64,000 nt of DNA. Source: an uncultured bacterium. GTDB taxonomy: Bacteria > Acidobacteriota > HRBIN11 > JAKEFK01. The notes under the pieces are model-generated. The model had not been told where the DNA came from and made no database searches. It saw only the letters and a program-made list of their open reading frames with translations. Of the stretch, positions 1 to 10,522 are shown in pieces (positions within the stretch are counted from its first letter, which is position 1; each line of letters starts with the position of its first letter). The stretch lies in the NCBI GenBank assembly GCA_963777505.1, contig CAVZQN010000001.1, forward strand, positions 576,001 through 640,000. Reading direction: 5' to 3'. The position numbers were made by a program, and so were the translations under genes.

Positions 1-372
1 TACCAGAATCTGCCTCATCAGACGAGCTGCAACTCCAAAAAAATGCGCACGGCTTTCCCACTCGGGCATGTTTTGCCCAACAAGACGTAAATACACTTCA
101 TGAATCAGAGCAGTAGGCTGTAAAGTATGGTCGGAACGTTCCGCCCGTAAATAGCTACCTGCTAATTTTTTCAGCTCTTGATAGACGAGCGGCATTAAAT
201 CATTGAGTGCATGCTGATCGCCTTTACTCCAATCCAGAAGTAGTTTTGTAACCTCACTAGGAGGGTGTGCCTGCATGATTCAGCCCAACATCTCTAATTA
301 TACAACCCAAAATGATCCTTGAACCGTCTTTTTTGCGCATTTCTAAATGAGCCAGGATCCTTGGAGGCGAAT

Positions 373-927
373 ATGTGGATTGGACGGTTTACTCTCAAAT
401 TCGCATTAATACTTTTTTGTATCCCAGTTCTTGAAGCTGATGACTATGAGTCAAAGTGCGACATGATCGCCAAGACTTACCTCTTATGGTCGGATTCAAT
501 GTTCGGTCAAGACGCGACGCATGAAACAAGCGCATGGATCGTTCGAAATTCAGAAGGCATAATGGAATGGAAACGATGGCCAGCCTCAAGAAAATGGCGA
601 ATGGAATCATGGAAAGGACCCGCCCCCAAAAATCTTGCGGCACAGATTCACACTCATACAGTAAAAGCAGATCCACGACCCTCCAGCAAAGATTCTCTTC
701 TTTCTAAAAAATTGAATGTGCCTTTATACACGGTAAGCCGTAAAGGGATCTGGAAAGTCACACCAGATGGACAAATTTCAAGAATTGCCGACGAAAGCTG
801 GTACACAAAACCGTGCAGGCAGAAACGCCATATTTACAAAGTCCAATCTTGCTGTAATCCTGAAAAGAGCGGAGAAACGTTTGCAAAAATCGAAAGCACT
901 TCTTTTTTGGAGCAGCGGCAAAGATAG
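373..927 (+). CDS. Secreted JAB/MPN+ (JAMM-motif) metalloprotease-like protein
   Basis: GGAGG at 363-367 before ATG 373; signal-peptide-like N-terminus (RFTLKFALILFCIPVLEA); E in HETSAWIV plus HTH-x8-S-x2-D (IHTHTVKADPRPSSKD). Confidence 0.6.
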   Translation: MWIGRFTLKFALILFCIPVLEADDYESKCDMIAKTYLLWSDSMFGQDATHETSAWIVRNSEGIMEWKRWPASRKWRMESWKGPAPKNLAAQIHTHTVKADPRPSSKDSLLSKKLNVPLYTVSRKGIWKVTPDGQISRIADESWYTKPCRQKRHIYKVQSCCNPEKSGETFAKIESTSFLEQRQR

Positions 928-1549
928 CGCATGGTCTCTTCAAGTTCTTCGTCAGCAAAACGAGATTGATGTTGTCGGCCTTGTAACAACTGTGAATGAA
1001 GATGACCGAGTTTCCGTGCACGCACTCAGGCAAAATTTATTGGAAGAACAGGCAGTCTCCATCGGCTTACCTCTTTGGAAGGTTCCAATTCCAAAACCGT
1101 GCAGCAATAAACAATATGAAGAAACGATGCAGACGGTTATCGAAAAAGCAAACCGTGAAGGGATCGCTATTGTCGCTTTCGGCGATCTATTTTTGGAAGA
1201 TATCAGACAATACAGGGAAAAATTTCTTGAAGCTAGCGGCCTGACCCCCTTGTTTCCAATCTGGGGACAAAACACTTCGCTTCTGGCACGCGAAATGATT
1301 CAAGCTGGGCTTCGGGCGAAAATTATTTGTGTGGATCAAAAACAATTATCGGGTTCTTTCGCTGGAAGAGAATTTGATTATTCGTTTTTGAAAGAACTTC
1401 CTGAAAGTGTTGATCCATGCGGAGAGCGCGGCGAGTTTCACACATTTGCCTATGGCGGCCCAATGTTTTCGTACGAAATTCCAATCTTAAATAATGGAAC
1501 TTATGAAGAAGAGAGCTTTTTGTTTGTTGACTTAGACTTAAAACCTTAG
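881..1549 (+). CDS. Dph6/MJ0570-related PP-loop ATP-binding protein
   Basis: WSSGKDS PP-loop, FGDLFLEDIR and DPCGERGEFHT motifs; likely TTG start at 881 after GGAG (ORF track starts at 767). Confidence 0.85.
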   Translation: MQKSKALLFWSSGKDSAWSLQVLRQQNEIDVVGLVTTVNEDDRVSVHALRQNLLEEQAVSIGLPLWKVPIPKPCSNKQYEETMQTVIEKANREGIAIVAFGDLFLEDIRQYREKFLEASGLTPLFPIWGQNTSLLAREMIQAGLRAKIICVDQKQLSGSFAGREFDYSFLKELPESVDPCGERGEFHTFAYGGPMFSYEIPILNNGTYEEESFLFVDLDLKP

Positions 1550-1556
1550 AGTGAAC

Positions 1557-2330
1557 TCACTCTTTTCTAGCAGCAAACAAAATATCGACCGCGTTTCGCA
1601 CATATTGTTCATCGGTGAGCCCCTCGACTAATTCGGCAGGAAATTCTACAGCGTATTTGAAGCGATCTGCTATTTCACTAAACAATTCGAGTCTTGCTGA
1701 TGATTCCAATTCATCGCGCCGCATGAGCGCTTCCAGTGCGATGGTTGCCTCTTGAGCAGAGATCCGCTGTCTTAAACGAGCCGCAAGATGAGGATACTCG
1801 CGGAAAGAATTGAATTTGCCAGCCATCACCTGTCCAATGTCAGGCAAAACAAGTTCAGGCAATCTAACTACGATTGTGTTGGCTGCCAAATCACCCAGCC
1901 GCTGATAATGTCTTGTTAAAAGGCATGTGATTCCACCAACTACATAAAATAGTGGAAGTGAATCAACGAAACGCAGCAGGTTTCGAATCGCAATTTGGCT
2001 AAATTGCAAACGAAGCCCTTGAACGTCCATGACTCGAATACCGAACATTCTCTTCCCGATTGTTTGACCTCGCCAAAACCATTCCGTGATGATCGGATAT
2101 CCTATCGAAAGCGCGAAATAGGCAATGTATCCAAGTGCCATTGAAAAATCGAAGATTACGGTGGATAGCTGATTGATTACAGATATGACTACAAACAAAG
2201 CGACTGTCACACAAAGTTGATCGATCGCTAAAGCAAAAAATCGGACGATGGGGCCGGCCAACTGCAAAGGAAATGTGATCCCTTCAGGCGTCTGGATGTT
2301 CATCGAATTGGAACGCGCAGTCTGAATCAT
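1557..2330 (-). CDS. RDD family membrane protein
   Basis: TPEG..LAG..RFFALAID, GQTIGKR and QRLGDLAANT motifs; ATG 2330 overlaps the upstream stop (ATGA). Confidence 0.9.
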   Translation of the reverse strand: MIQTARSNSMNIQTPEGITFPLQLAGPIVRFFALAIDQLCVTVALFVVISVINQLSTVIFDFSMALGYIAYFALSIGYPIITEWFWRGQTIGKRMFGIRVMDVQGLRLQFSQIAIRNLLRFVDSLPLFYVVGGITCLLTRHYQRLGDLAANTIVVRLPELVLPDIGQVMAGKFNSFREYPHLAARLRQRISAQEATIALEALMRRDELESSARLELFSEIADRFKYAVEFPAELVEGLTDEQYVRNAVDILFAARKE

Positions 2331-3349
2331 ACGTTTTGTTGAGTTTGTAATTTGCTTTCGGTGGGAGCGGTACCCGCGCGCGATAGGAATGCGATCAGCA
2401 ATATCAATTCCACAAATCCGAATGCTATTTTTGCCCAATATGGCAACACCGGTTCATGATATTGTGAAAGAAATGCTTCAATAATTCCTGCCCAAATCAG
2501 AAGAAAAGCGACTCCTCCAATTAAAGTAAATAGATCATTGGTAATTTCGCGAAGCCGGATTCGGAGTGGCATTCGATTTCCGCGTCCGATCAGTGCCCGG
2601 GCAAGTACCAGACCGGCCTGCCCTGCAATAAGAATGGCTGGAATTTCTATGACTCCATGAGGCATCAACCAACCCATTAGAAATTGCGCTTGACCATCCA
2701 AAACATAATCTGCACAAACAGATCCCAGAATCACACCGTTATAAAAAAGTAAGATAATTGTCCCAATCCCCCACGTCATCCCCAACGCAAGTGTGAGAAT
2801 CGATACCTTTGTATTGTGAGTCATTAACATCGCAGAAAATGCAGTTTTTTGTCCTTCCATACGATCGTTTTTCGCTTTCTCTTCCAGCGCAACACGCTCG
2901 GATGGTTTGCCCTGTAAATGCGGGAACGGCATCAAAATTTGTTTGGAATCATAATCGAACGTAATGACTGCTGCACCGAATGTTGAACCAACGATTGTAA
3001 TAAGCAATGAAAGATAAAACGCGCGAACATTTGCGCGAAATACTCTTGGAAAAAATGTGAAGAACCAATAAATCGGCCGGACTTTGTGCGGTTTACTTCG
3101 GCTTTCGTGAATTTCGCCATACGCGCGAGCCACCAACGACTCCAGGTAACTTCGAATTTCTTTTTCTGCTGCAAATGTAGAAATCCGTGCAAGATCAGCT
3201 GATGCCCGCTCATAGAGATAATGAAAACGTTTAAGATTCCGCAATTCCATTTTCCCACTGGTATCATTCTTCAAACGATTCAGTATCGCTTCGAGCTCCT
3301 CCCAATAACCTTTTTCTGAATCAACAAAACGATCTACGTCAATAATCAT
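2327..3349 (-). CDS. SpoIIM/DUF95-like membrane protein
   Basis: LYERASADLA..YLESLVARAY N-terminus, NGVILG, PHGVIEIPAI and AGIIEAF motifs; multiple TM segments. Confidence 0.9.
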   Translation of the reverse strand: MIIDVDRFVDSEKGYWEELEAILNRLKNDTSGKMELRNLKRFHYLYERASADLARISTFAAEKEIRSYLESLVARAYGEIHESRSKPHKVRPIYWFFTFFPRVFRANVRAFYLSLLITIVGSTFGAAVITFDYDSKQILMPFPHLQGKPSERVALEEKAKNDRMEGQKTAFSAMLMTHNTKVSILTLALGMTWGIGTIILLFYNGVILGSVCADYVLDGQAQFLMGWLMPHGVIEIPAILIAGQAGLVLARALIGRGNRMPLRIRLREITNDLFTLIGGVAFLLIWAGIIEAFLSQYHEPVLPYWAKIAFGFVELILLIAFLSRAGTAPTESKLQTQQNV

Positions 3350-4665
3350 AATTTTTGCCGTTGCTTGACCGCGAGATACTGGCTTACAAGTTCGGGAGTG
3401 AGTCTTGAATCTTCAAGAAGAGAAAGAGCAACTCCATGTCTTTGTAAAGTATTTTGGAGTTCGCGCGTATCCTGCCAGAGCAAATGGCCAGCAAGTTTTT
3501 CATACAATGAATCAACGGACACTGCATCCGGTTCGGAAAATAGCAAACGAGATTGCGGCGGCCGAACCATATCAACTAAAACAAGATGCTGACGTGCAAT
3601 CAAATTTGATCCCTGAACAAAACGTTCAGCAAGTACTGGATCGCTTAAATCGGTCAGAATGATAATCAAAGCACGGCGTCTCAAACGTAAACGTAAGAAT
3701 GTAAACAAATCATCGAAGTCGGGAGTTACAAGGCGCGGGTGAAGCGAAGTTAAAAGCTCTCTACACGCTGTGTAATGCGCTTTCCCATTTCTAGCGCGAA
3801 GAAATCCATCAACTTGATCGCTGAATGTTACAAGGCCAAAAAGATCTCCCTGCCTTTGAGTAACCATTCCAAGAACCAGTGCAGCTTTTAGATGATGCTC
3901 CAAAATCGTTTCAGAACCTGCTGGTCTTGCGGAAAGCCGCGAAAAATCAATTGCAACATAAACCTCTTGTGTTCGTTCTATTTGAAAAATCTTGGTAATA
4001 GGACGTCCCCGCTTCGCCGTGGCTCTCCAGTGAATTTGGTCATAGCTATCACCGTGTATGTACTCACGCAACTTTTCAAATTCGCGTCCCTGCCCGATCA
4101 TTCGTTGAGAATGAATTCCGATAGAGCCTCGATTTAGAAATAATGCAGCAACCTGCTTTCTTTCTTTGGTCAAATCAGGATAAACGTAAATTTCTATTTC
4201 AATTTCAGAACTCGCACGGCCATTCCAAAATCCAAGCGGTGAGGAAATTTCATAATAAATACGATTCATCAAAAATCGTCCGCGAAGAGTTCCCCGGCAC
4301 AAAAATGAAATCTGAGATGCAATCTGGCCATCTGGTAAACGAACTGTCATAACTTCTTTTTCCGGCTCAAGGTGAGATGGAAAAGGCAAGCCTACACGAA
4401 TGACTTTTTCATGCGAAGTAGAATTGTGAATGTTAACTAAAATTTCACCATCGTGATTTTTTGTAAGTCTGGAAATTGCAGACGCTTTGAATTGCAAACC
4501 TTGCAGTAAATGTGGAGCCCGCCAGCCATCAATAGCGGCAACTGCAATAAAGCCGATCAAAATCGCAATGCACGGAACCAACGCAGCAGCGTAAAAAGCG
4601 GGAAGAAGAAGAAAAGGCAAAGCAAGACCGCACCACAGAATTAAACGAAATCGCGGAGCAATCAT
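3346..4665 (-). CDS. DUF58 (vWA-like) protein, MoxR partner
   Basis: EFEKLREYIHGD..IHWRATA, DFSR and LTDL motifs; two N-terminal TMs. Confidence 0.9.
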   Translation of the reverse strand: MIAPRFRLILWCGLALPFLLLPAFYAAALVPCIAILIGFIAVAAIDGWRAPHLLQGLQFKASAISRLTKNHDGEILVNIHNSTSHEKVIRVGLPFPSHLEPEKEVMTVRLPDGQIASQISFLCRGTLRGRFLMNRIYYEISSPLGFWNGRASSEIEIEIYVYPDLTKERKQVAALFLNRGSIGIHSQRMIGQGREFEKLREYIHGDSYDQIHWRATAKRGRPITKIFQIERTQEVYVAIDFSRLSARPAGSETILEHHLKAALVLGMVTQRQGDLFGLVTFSDQVDGFLRARNGKAHYTACRELLTSLHPRLVTPDFDDLFTFLRLRLRRRALIIILTDLSDPVLAERFVQGSNLIARQHLVLVDMVRPPQSRLLFSEPDAVSVDSLYEKLAGHLLWQDTRELQNTLQRHGVALSLLEDSRLTPELVSQYLAVKQRQKL

Positions 4666-4675
4666 TAAAGTAGTA

Positions 4676-5644
4676 TTATCGCGGCACTGCAACTTCCTGC
4701 AGGACTTTTTGAATGACTTCAGCTACAGTCAAACCTTCCAATTCGTATTCCGGACGCAGAATTAATCGATGTTCCAATACCGGCTGAGCCATTGTTTTTA
4801 TATCATCGGGATTCGTGAAATCGCGGCCTTCAAGAATTGCATGAGCCCGGCTGGACAACAACAAAGATTGTGTAGCTCTTGGTCCGGCACCAACAAGAAT
4901 CGAACTATTTCGCCGAGTCGCTCGAATTAACTCTACAGCGTATCGCACGAGCTCTTCACGCATCACAATACCTTGAAGCACATTCCGCATTTGAGTTAGA
5001 GATTCATCATTAATAACACTCCGGATTTGTCCGGCTGCCAGCACAGCCTCAGGCGAATTTGAACCAAGCGTTCGCTGCGCGAGTTCGTACTCTTCATCGG
5101 ATTCAGGATACGTCATCGTAATTTTGAGCATGAAGCGATCTTTTTGAGCTTCCGGCAACGGATACGTTCCTTCGTATTCAATCGGATTCTGTGTTGCAAA
5201 AACTGTAAAATTCGGCGAAAGTGCATGACTCTCGCGATCAATCGTGACCTGCCTTTCCTGCATTGCCTGAAGAAGCGCCGATTGAGTCTTTGCAGGCGCT
5301 CTGTTAATTTCATCCGCAAGAAGAAATGTTGTGAATACCGGACCTTTTACCAAAGTAAATTCATTCCGCTGCAAATTAAAAACGTTTGTTCCTGTAATAT
5401 CCGCAGGCATTAAATCAGGTGTGAATTGTATCCGCTGACTGGGACAACCAAGAACATGGCCCACTGTTCGTACCAGCAACGTTTTAGCAATCCCTGGAAC
5501 ACCTTCGATCAGTGCATGATTGTTTGTAATAATCGTTATTAGAGCCTGGTCTATAACTTCACTCTGACCGATGATGACTTTGGAAATTTCATTTCGTACA
5601 TCTGCAAGCACCTGTTTCAATTTTTCAGTGCTTATCTGCTCCAT
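4676..5644 (-). CDS. moxR: MoxR family AAA+ ATPase
   Basis: GVPGIAKT Walker A, RIQFTPDLMPADITG, DEINRAPAKTQSALL, ATQNPIEYEGTYPLPEAQKDRF. Confidence 0.95.
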   Translation of the reverse strand: MEQISTEKLKQVLADVRNEISKVIIGQSEVIDQALITIITNNHALIEGVPGIAKTLLVRTVGHVLGCPSQRIQFTPDLMPADITGTNVFNLQRNEFTLVKGPVFTTFLLADEINRAPAKTQSALLQAMQERQVTIDRESHALSPNFTVFATQNPIEYEGTYPLPEAQKDRFMLKITMTYPESDEEYELAQRTLGSNSPEAVLAAGQIRSVINDESLTQMRNVLQGIVMREELVRYAVELIRATRRNSSILVGAGPRATQSLLLSSRAHAILEGRDFTNPDDIKTMAQPVLEHRLILRPEYELEGLTVAEVIQKVLQEVAVPR

Positions 5645-5675
5645 GTGATGACCCCCATTATGCAAAACACAGTCG

Positions 5676-6887
5676 TTAACGCTCCCGCAGCATTTCGCTG
5701 ATACGATTGTAAGTAGCTACAGGATCTTTCACTCGAACCAATTCTTCAGATCCCTGCGTAAGATATTCTTCTACACGCTTTACTCTTTTATCCAGATGCT
5801 TTTGTTTTCCTAACGATTTCTTCCACTCAGAAAGACAAAGCGGAAGAATATCTTTCATTGAAACGCTTCTACGAAGAAGGTTTGATAATCCTGAAGCCGT
5901 ATCTTTCCCCGCCATTGTCTTTTTCTCTAATTCCGCAGCACTGGAATAAGCGGGTACAAGACTTGTGCTATTCATCCAGACAAACAGTAACGCCATGATC
6001 AAGAGTCCAGCAGCTAAACCGTGCAAATGATATTTCTTGGCAAGCGAAACAACTCCTTGACTCGTTGCAATTCCATGATGATATTCATCAAAAATGACTT
6101 CCTTTTTGCCGCCAATCAGCCACGCAAGAAATTCAGGCTGGCGATCTCTTAACATTGCTTCATTCGAAAGAAAGAATGTATCGGACACAAGCACGAGACT
6201 CCCTTTTCCGAATTTGCGCTCTGTCACTACAGGCTGCCCTTCTCTTGTGTAAAACACATTCCAGTCTTTACCTTCCAGCTCAAAATAAACCGGCGAATGC
6301 CATGTCATTACCTTCGGCAACGTTGCTTTTGTTACAAGCCTGGCCTGACCAATTTCTTTGTTCTCAAACTCTTTGTATCGAAGCCCCCAGAGTTTAGAAA
6401 GCTTTATGGTCTTAATTAACTCTTCTTCAGGTGATTTTTCAGGCTCTTTCTCCTTTTTCTTTTTATCTTTTTTTTCTTGCTCCTTCTTTTGCTCCTGATT
6501 CATTTCCTCCATAGCTTGCGCAATAATTCCAGAACGCACATATGTAACAATCAACCGTCCGCCGTTTTTCATATAAGCTTCGAAATCATTGAAGTACGAA
6601 AGAGGAATTTCATCAGGCGGCACACCCGAACCCGCAAAAACCAGCGCACTTTCAGATCGATCTTTAACTTTGTGCAAACCTTCGAAATTTCTGGAGACTT
6701 TAATATCGCAGCAACCAGACAGACTTTCATAAAAAGCCTTTGTACCGAATGGGTCGCTACGGAGAGATGAATATTTTGGAAAGACATCTCCCGATGTGTA
6801 GCGCATCAGCAAGAGCTGTAGAAGAGCATATGCGCAGATAGCAATGATGATACCAGCCGCAATTTTAGTTCCTGTATTCTTATGCAA
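5676..6887 (-). CDS. DUF4350 domain membrane-anchored protein
   Basis: N-terminal TM, YSSLRSDPFGTKAFY, GKGSLVLVSD..LSNE and FDEYHHG motifs, second TM; operon context. Confidence 0.8.
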   Translation of the reverse strand: MHKNTGTKIAAGIIIAICAYALLQLLLMRYTSGDVFPKYSSLRSDPFGTKAFYESLSGCCDIKVSRNFEGLHKVKDRSESALVFAGSGVPPDEIPLSYFNDFEAYMKNGGRLIVTYVRSGIIAQAMEEMNQEQKKEQEKKDKKKKEKEPEKSPEEELIKTIKLSKLWGLRYKEFENKEIGQARLVTKATLPKVMTWHSPVYFELEGKDWNVFYTREGQPVVTERKFGKGSLVLVSDTFFLSNEAMLRDRQPEFLAWLIGGKKEVIFDEYHHGIATSQGVVSLAKKYHLHGLAAGLLIMALLFVWMNSTSLVPAYSSAAELEKKTMAGKDTASGLSNLLRRSVSMKDILPLCLSEWKKSLGKQKHLDKRVKRVEEYLTQGSEELVRVKDPVATYNRISEMLRER

Positions 6888-8538
6888 CAGTCCTGATCCT
6901 TTCCTGATTTTGATTAAATCTTGTTAGTGTTTCGGTATTTACTTCGTGTTCACCATACCAGGAACGTTCAAAGAGAAGTAGATTTTCCTGAAATGCATTC
7001 AGTAGTTCGGTATTCATTTGCGCTTTTCGTTGAAGTTCACGATTGTATTCCCGGTTGGATTTGTATTTTGTAATTGTGATCATCCCGCGCCGCGATAATA
7101 AGGCTAGAGTAGAGAGATACAATGCGCGCATTGCAAGGCGGAATTCTCCTCGATCCATATATTCGCGCGCAAGACTAAGCCATCCTTCTTCCGGGTACTG
7201 ATCAGCAATTGTGCTTTCATCTTCTAAATCCAGAATGGCGGAAGGAATCTCTTCAGCGACAACCAGATCTTCTTTTTTACGTTTCTTCCACATCCTGTAA
7301 ATCAAATAACCCAAAAACACGGCTGCTAATGCGATTAAAACTGAAAGAAGAATTGTCTGATCTGAAAACGGCACACTGTCTTCATTAAAATTCTGATCTT
7401 GTTGATTCAAGAGTTTTCGAAGTATCCAATTCCAGGCTTTTTTGATGTATCGCCCCACCGGTTCTAACCATTGTCCTAATGTTTTATTCACACCCAATAA
7501 GAAATCAACAAAGACATTGTTATCACTCTCCAGATCTTTTTCATCGCGTGGAATACGCCATTGATACTCTCTTTGCTGAATAACCTTTTCGATCGATTCA
7601 TTTAGTTTTTCAGGTGCAATCTTTTCCTGATCTGCACTCGCTATGCCGGAAACAAATGTTATAGCCAGCAAGACTGCAGAAAACACAAGCGATTTGCCTG
7701 ACGAAACCACCCCTTCGCGGCGTTTCAGATCCGGTAAAGACCTCAACTCTGCTTGCAGATCTGCACCACTCTGAATTGCTTCTCCATAAAATGTTCGAAG
7801 AACGTAAGCCGTTTTTATGATCGGGTTGACGCAAAGATATGTAAGGGCTGCGACGATTGCGAAAAACGTCGAATTCATCATTGGGATAAGGCCGCCCCTG
7901 GTGAAAACTGATTCAACGCCGAAGAGTGTATCGATCAAACTGGGAATAAAAATCATCAATATTCCAATTCCGGCAAAAACCGCCAAAGAAAAAACAATCA
8001 TCAAAAATACAAATCCGTTGTTTTGCCCATGCCATTGGCCTGAAAGCGACCATGCACGTTTTAGAGCTGAACGTAAATCATTGTGCACGCCATCACCTGT
8101 AATTGAGAAGGTGTGGAAAAAAGCGAGTGCCATAGGAAAAGGAAGAAACGCAAGCAAACAAAAAGGGATCAAAAACAAACTGTAAGGCTGAACTGAAAGT
8201 TGTGCCGTGATGATTCGAAAGATACGGGACGCTGAAAAACGTTCCGGAAATTCACCTCTTAAGTTTGAAAGAAGCCGGATCGAAAAAACTGAATGCCAGA
8301 GCTTCATCCATACATACAAGGCCGCCATCCCAAATGCAGCCTGGCCAACGTGTTTTGCGGCAACAGGGCTGCGACTCATATCAGTCCAAAAATAAAGAAG
8401 GCCATGTACAAACGGAATCGAACCGATGAGGTAAGAAAAGACAATAGGAGCAGGAGAATGTCTCAGCAGGTACAAAGCTTCTTCGGCTAGATCAATTCCT
8501 GATCGTTTTTGTTTTTTGTTCCGCTTCCATCTCATCAT
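6880..8538 (-). CDS. Multi-TM membrane protein with C-terminal DUF4129 domain
   Basis: Many TMs; C-terminal GEFRLAMRALY..KSNREY..FERSWYG pattern. Confidence 0.8.
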   Translation of the reverse strand: MMRWKRNKKQKRSGIDLAEEALYLLRHSPAPIVFSYLIGSIPFVHGLLYFWTDMSRSPVAAKHVGQAAFGMAALYVWMKLWHSVFSIRLLSNLRGEFPERFSASRIFRIITAQLSVQPYSLFLIPFCLLAFLPFPMALAFFHTFSITGDGVHNDLRSALKRAWSLSGQWHGQNNGFVFLMIVFSLAVFAGIGILMIFIPSLIDTLFGVESVFTRGGLIPMMNSTFFAIVAALTYLCVNPIIKTAYVLRTFYGEAIQSGADLQAELRSLPDLKRREGVVSSGKSLVFSAVLLAITFVSGIASADQEKIAPEKLNESIEKVIQQREYQWRIPRDEKDLESDNNVFVDFLLGVNKTLGQWLEPVGRYIKKAWNWILRKLLNQQDQNFNEDSVPFSDQTILLSVLIALAAVFLGYLIYRMWKKRKKEDLVVAEEIPSAILDLEDESTIADQYPEEGWLSLAREYMDRGEFRLAMRALYLSTLALLSRRGMITITKYKSNREYNRELQRKAQMNTELLNAFQENLLLFERSWYGEHEVNTETLTRFNQNQERIRTVA

Positions 8539-8864
8539 TTCACGAAATCAGTCCAGGACGTTCCTTCATGCAGCGGGGATGGAATTGCAAGCAAAATTTG
8601 AGCGATGTAATAAAAAACGATCCACAAAATAAGAAGGCCGGCAAAGCTTTGAAGGAATACTGCAACTGGACGAAAATTTCTTTGAAGGCCTATATGAGGC
8701 TGCGCAATTTTAGCCAAACATGCAGCACATAACAAACGATCTTCGTGTTCTGTAACGCATTCGCGACAGTAAAAGCGTTTGCATTCCGGGCAGCGGGCAA
8801 CGGCTTCCCGTTGATAATGATAAAAACAACGCTGACGGCTAACATTAATCCCTTCGGATGTCAT
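8535..8864 (-). CDS. B-box-like Zn-finger membrane protein
   Basis: CFYH-x8-CxxC-x4-CxxC-x9-CxxC followed by one TM; 4-bp overlaps with both neighbours. Confidence 0.8.
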   Translation of the reverse strand: MTSEGINVSRQRCFYHYQREAVARCPECKRFYCRECVTEHEDRLLCAACLAKIAQPHIGLQRNFRPVAVFLQSFAGLLILWIVFYYIAQILLAIPSPLHEGTSWTDFVK

Positions 8865-9913
8865 GCTGCATCGCCTCCTGCAATGACTTGCTGTTGCTTC
8901 ACACGGCGACGTTCGCGAAAACGAAGCAAACTAATAACGCCTGAAATTCCAAGGACTAAAGAACATACAATTGAAAATATCGATAGAAAAAGAAGCCATG
9001 GGTGATCAAGCGGAGAGATCTCCCACATTTTTTTCATCCAATCCCACTGGTTTGTCCCCATCGAAGGATCTTGCATCGCAAGAATCATATAGAAGAAGTA
9101 ACTCAATGCATAAAATGTTGCTCCGTAAATCAATACACCCCAGGTTATCCCTGATACTGTTCGAGGCAAATCACCATGTCTCTGCTTCACAAGCGCAATC
9201 ATAATAAGCAGCCATAAAACTCCGCTGGAGATTGTTCCGATAATCAAAAACGCTTTATGTCTATCAAAAATTGAAAACAAAGTTACAATCGCATCAAAAA
9301 CAAGAAAGATAAAAAGTGCAAGATGCGCAGTTCCTTCATAATTCGAAACAACATTCTTTATCATCCCCTTAATGGGAGGTGGACTTAAAACGGGAGGCGC
9401 CTGGATGCCAGGATGCTGAAGAAGAACTTCTTCCGAAAGCCGCCCTTGAACTTCTTCAATTTTGCCGCGCAAAATATTCATCGTACGCAAAGAGGTTCGC
9501 AAGCGGCACATCGATGAAATGGCTTCAGAATGCACTGCCGTGTGAAGAGTGGTAGAACACGTTGCGCCTTTTAAGGCGTTGATTGCTAGAAAGACAAAAA
9601 ACAAAATAGTCCAGGGTCCCAAAAATATGTGACCAAACTTATCCCATTCCCAAACAACCATCCCTAAATAATGAAGAAGAAGACAGGATAATAGGATGAT
9701 TCCAAATACAGTATTAACGACAAAAAAAGTGGCAGTTTTTCGGATCACAACCCCATGAATATCCGGAAAATAAAATCGTTTGTAGTCTTCAACATAGCCA
9801 CGCCTCTGAAGAAGCATTACATGATCGTCCGCAAGCCAGAGTGAGCTTCGCCCAAAACCAAACGAAAAACTTCCTGATCCAGGCAATCGACTATATTCAG
9901 ATCGGACTTTCAA
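8861..9913 (-). CDS. Hypothetical multi-pass membrane protein
   Basis: 350-aa ORF with about 6 TM segments, translationally coupled within the operon. Confidence 0.75.
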   Translation of the reverse strand: MKVRSEYSRLPGSGSFSFGFGRSSLWLADDHVMLLQRRGYVEDYKRFYFPDIHGVVIRKTATFFVVNTVFGIILLSCLLLHYLGMVVWEWDKFGHIFLGPWTILFFVFLAINALKGATCSTTLHTAVHSEAISSMCRLRTSLRTMNILRGKIEEVQGRLSEEVLLQHPGIQAPPVLSPPPIKGMIKNVVSNYEGTAHLALFIFLVFDAIVTLFSIFDRHKAFLIIGTISSGVLWLLIMIALVKQRHGDLPRTVSGITWGVLIYGATFYALSYFFYMILAMQDPSMGTNQWDWMKKMWEISPLDHPWLLFLSIFSIVCSLVLGISGVISLLRFRERRRVKQQQVIAGGDAA

Positions 9914-9922
9914 ATGTTTTTC

Positions 9923-10519
9923 CTAATCTCCGATGCGCGATACGAGAAAGACTGCAAGCGTTATCCACCCGCCTACCTGCATCAGCGCAATCCCTATAGC
10001 AACCAGCATTCTAACTTTGCTCTTTCGGGGAATGATGCTGGTTGGAGTATTCCAGTGGCGGATCGCAAGAAAAATTGCAATTGGAGCTGTTATAACTGTG
10101 AAGAAAAAAGAAATTAATGGGAGGATTGCAAATGCCAGAGCCATATCATCATATAGAACGCGTCTGTTCTCTACATTTTTTAAGCTCTTCTTCTTTCTAC
10201 CTGCTTCAATGCAGGTAGCGCAAAGATGTTGTCCATTGAAATCGATATCGCATAGTCCGCACAAGAAACGTCCACAATATTCACAGGCAACGACTGCTTT
10301 TTTTTGCTGGTGATAAAAGCAACCGGCATCATCTGCGAGAAGAATTTGTTCACCCGGTTTACTCTGTGCAATTGGCTTGAGGAGTGCTGGAAATGCGAAT
10401 GCGTACATATCTGCAAAACAGACAGGACATGTTACAGATGAATCTTTGTTAAAAACGTCCAGAGGCAGAAAATTGCGGCAGTTCGAACATTGCATGGAAG
10501 ACTTTTGAAGCGAGTTCAC
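9923..10519 (-). CDS. Zn-ribbon plus B-box-like Zn-finger membrane protein
   Basis: CSNC..CPVC, then CFYH-x8-CxxC-x4-CxxC-x9-CxxC; C-terminal TM hairpin. Confidence 0.8.
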   Translation of the reverse strand: MNSLQKSSMQCSNCRNFLPLDVFNKDSSVTCPVCFADMYAFAFPALLKPIAQSKPGEQILLADDAGCFYHQQKKAVVACEYCGRFLCGLCDIDFNGQHLCATCIEAGRKKKSLKNVENRRVLYDDMALAFAILPLISFFFTVITAPIAIFLAIRHWNTPTSIIPRKSKVRMLVAIGIALMQVGGWITLAVFLVSRIGD

Positions 10520-10522
10520 CCG

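Noticed and set aside
2327-3349. Sporulation function for the SpoIIM-like gene
   Set aside because: The domain is common in non-sporulating bacteria inside MoxR operons; no other spo genes here.
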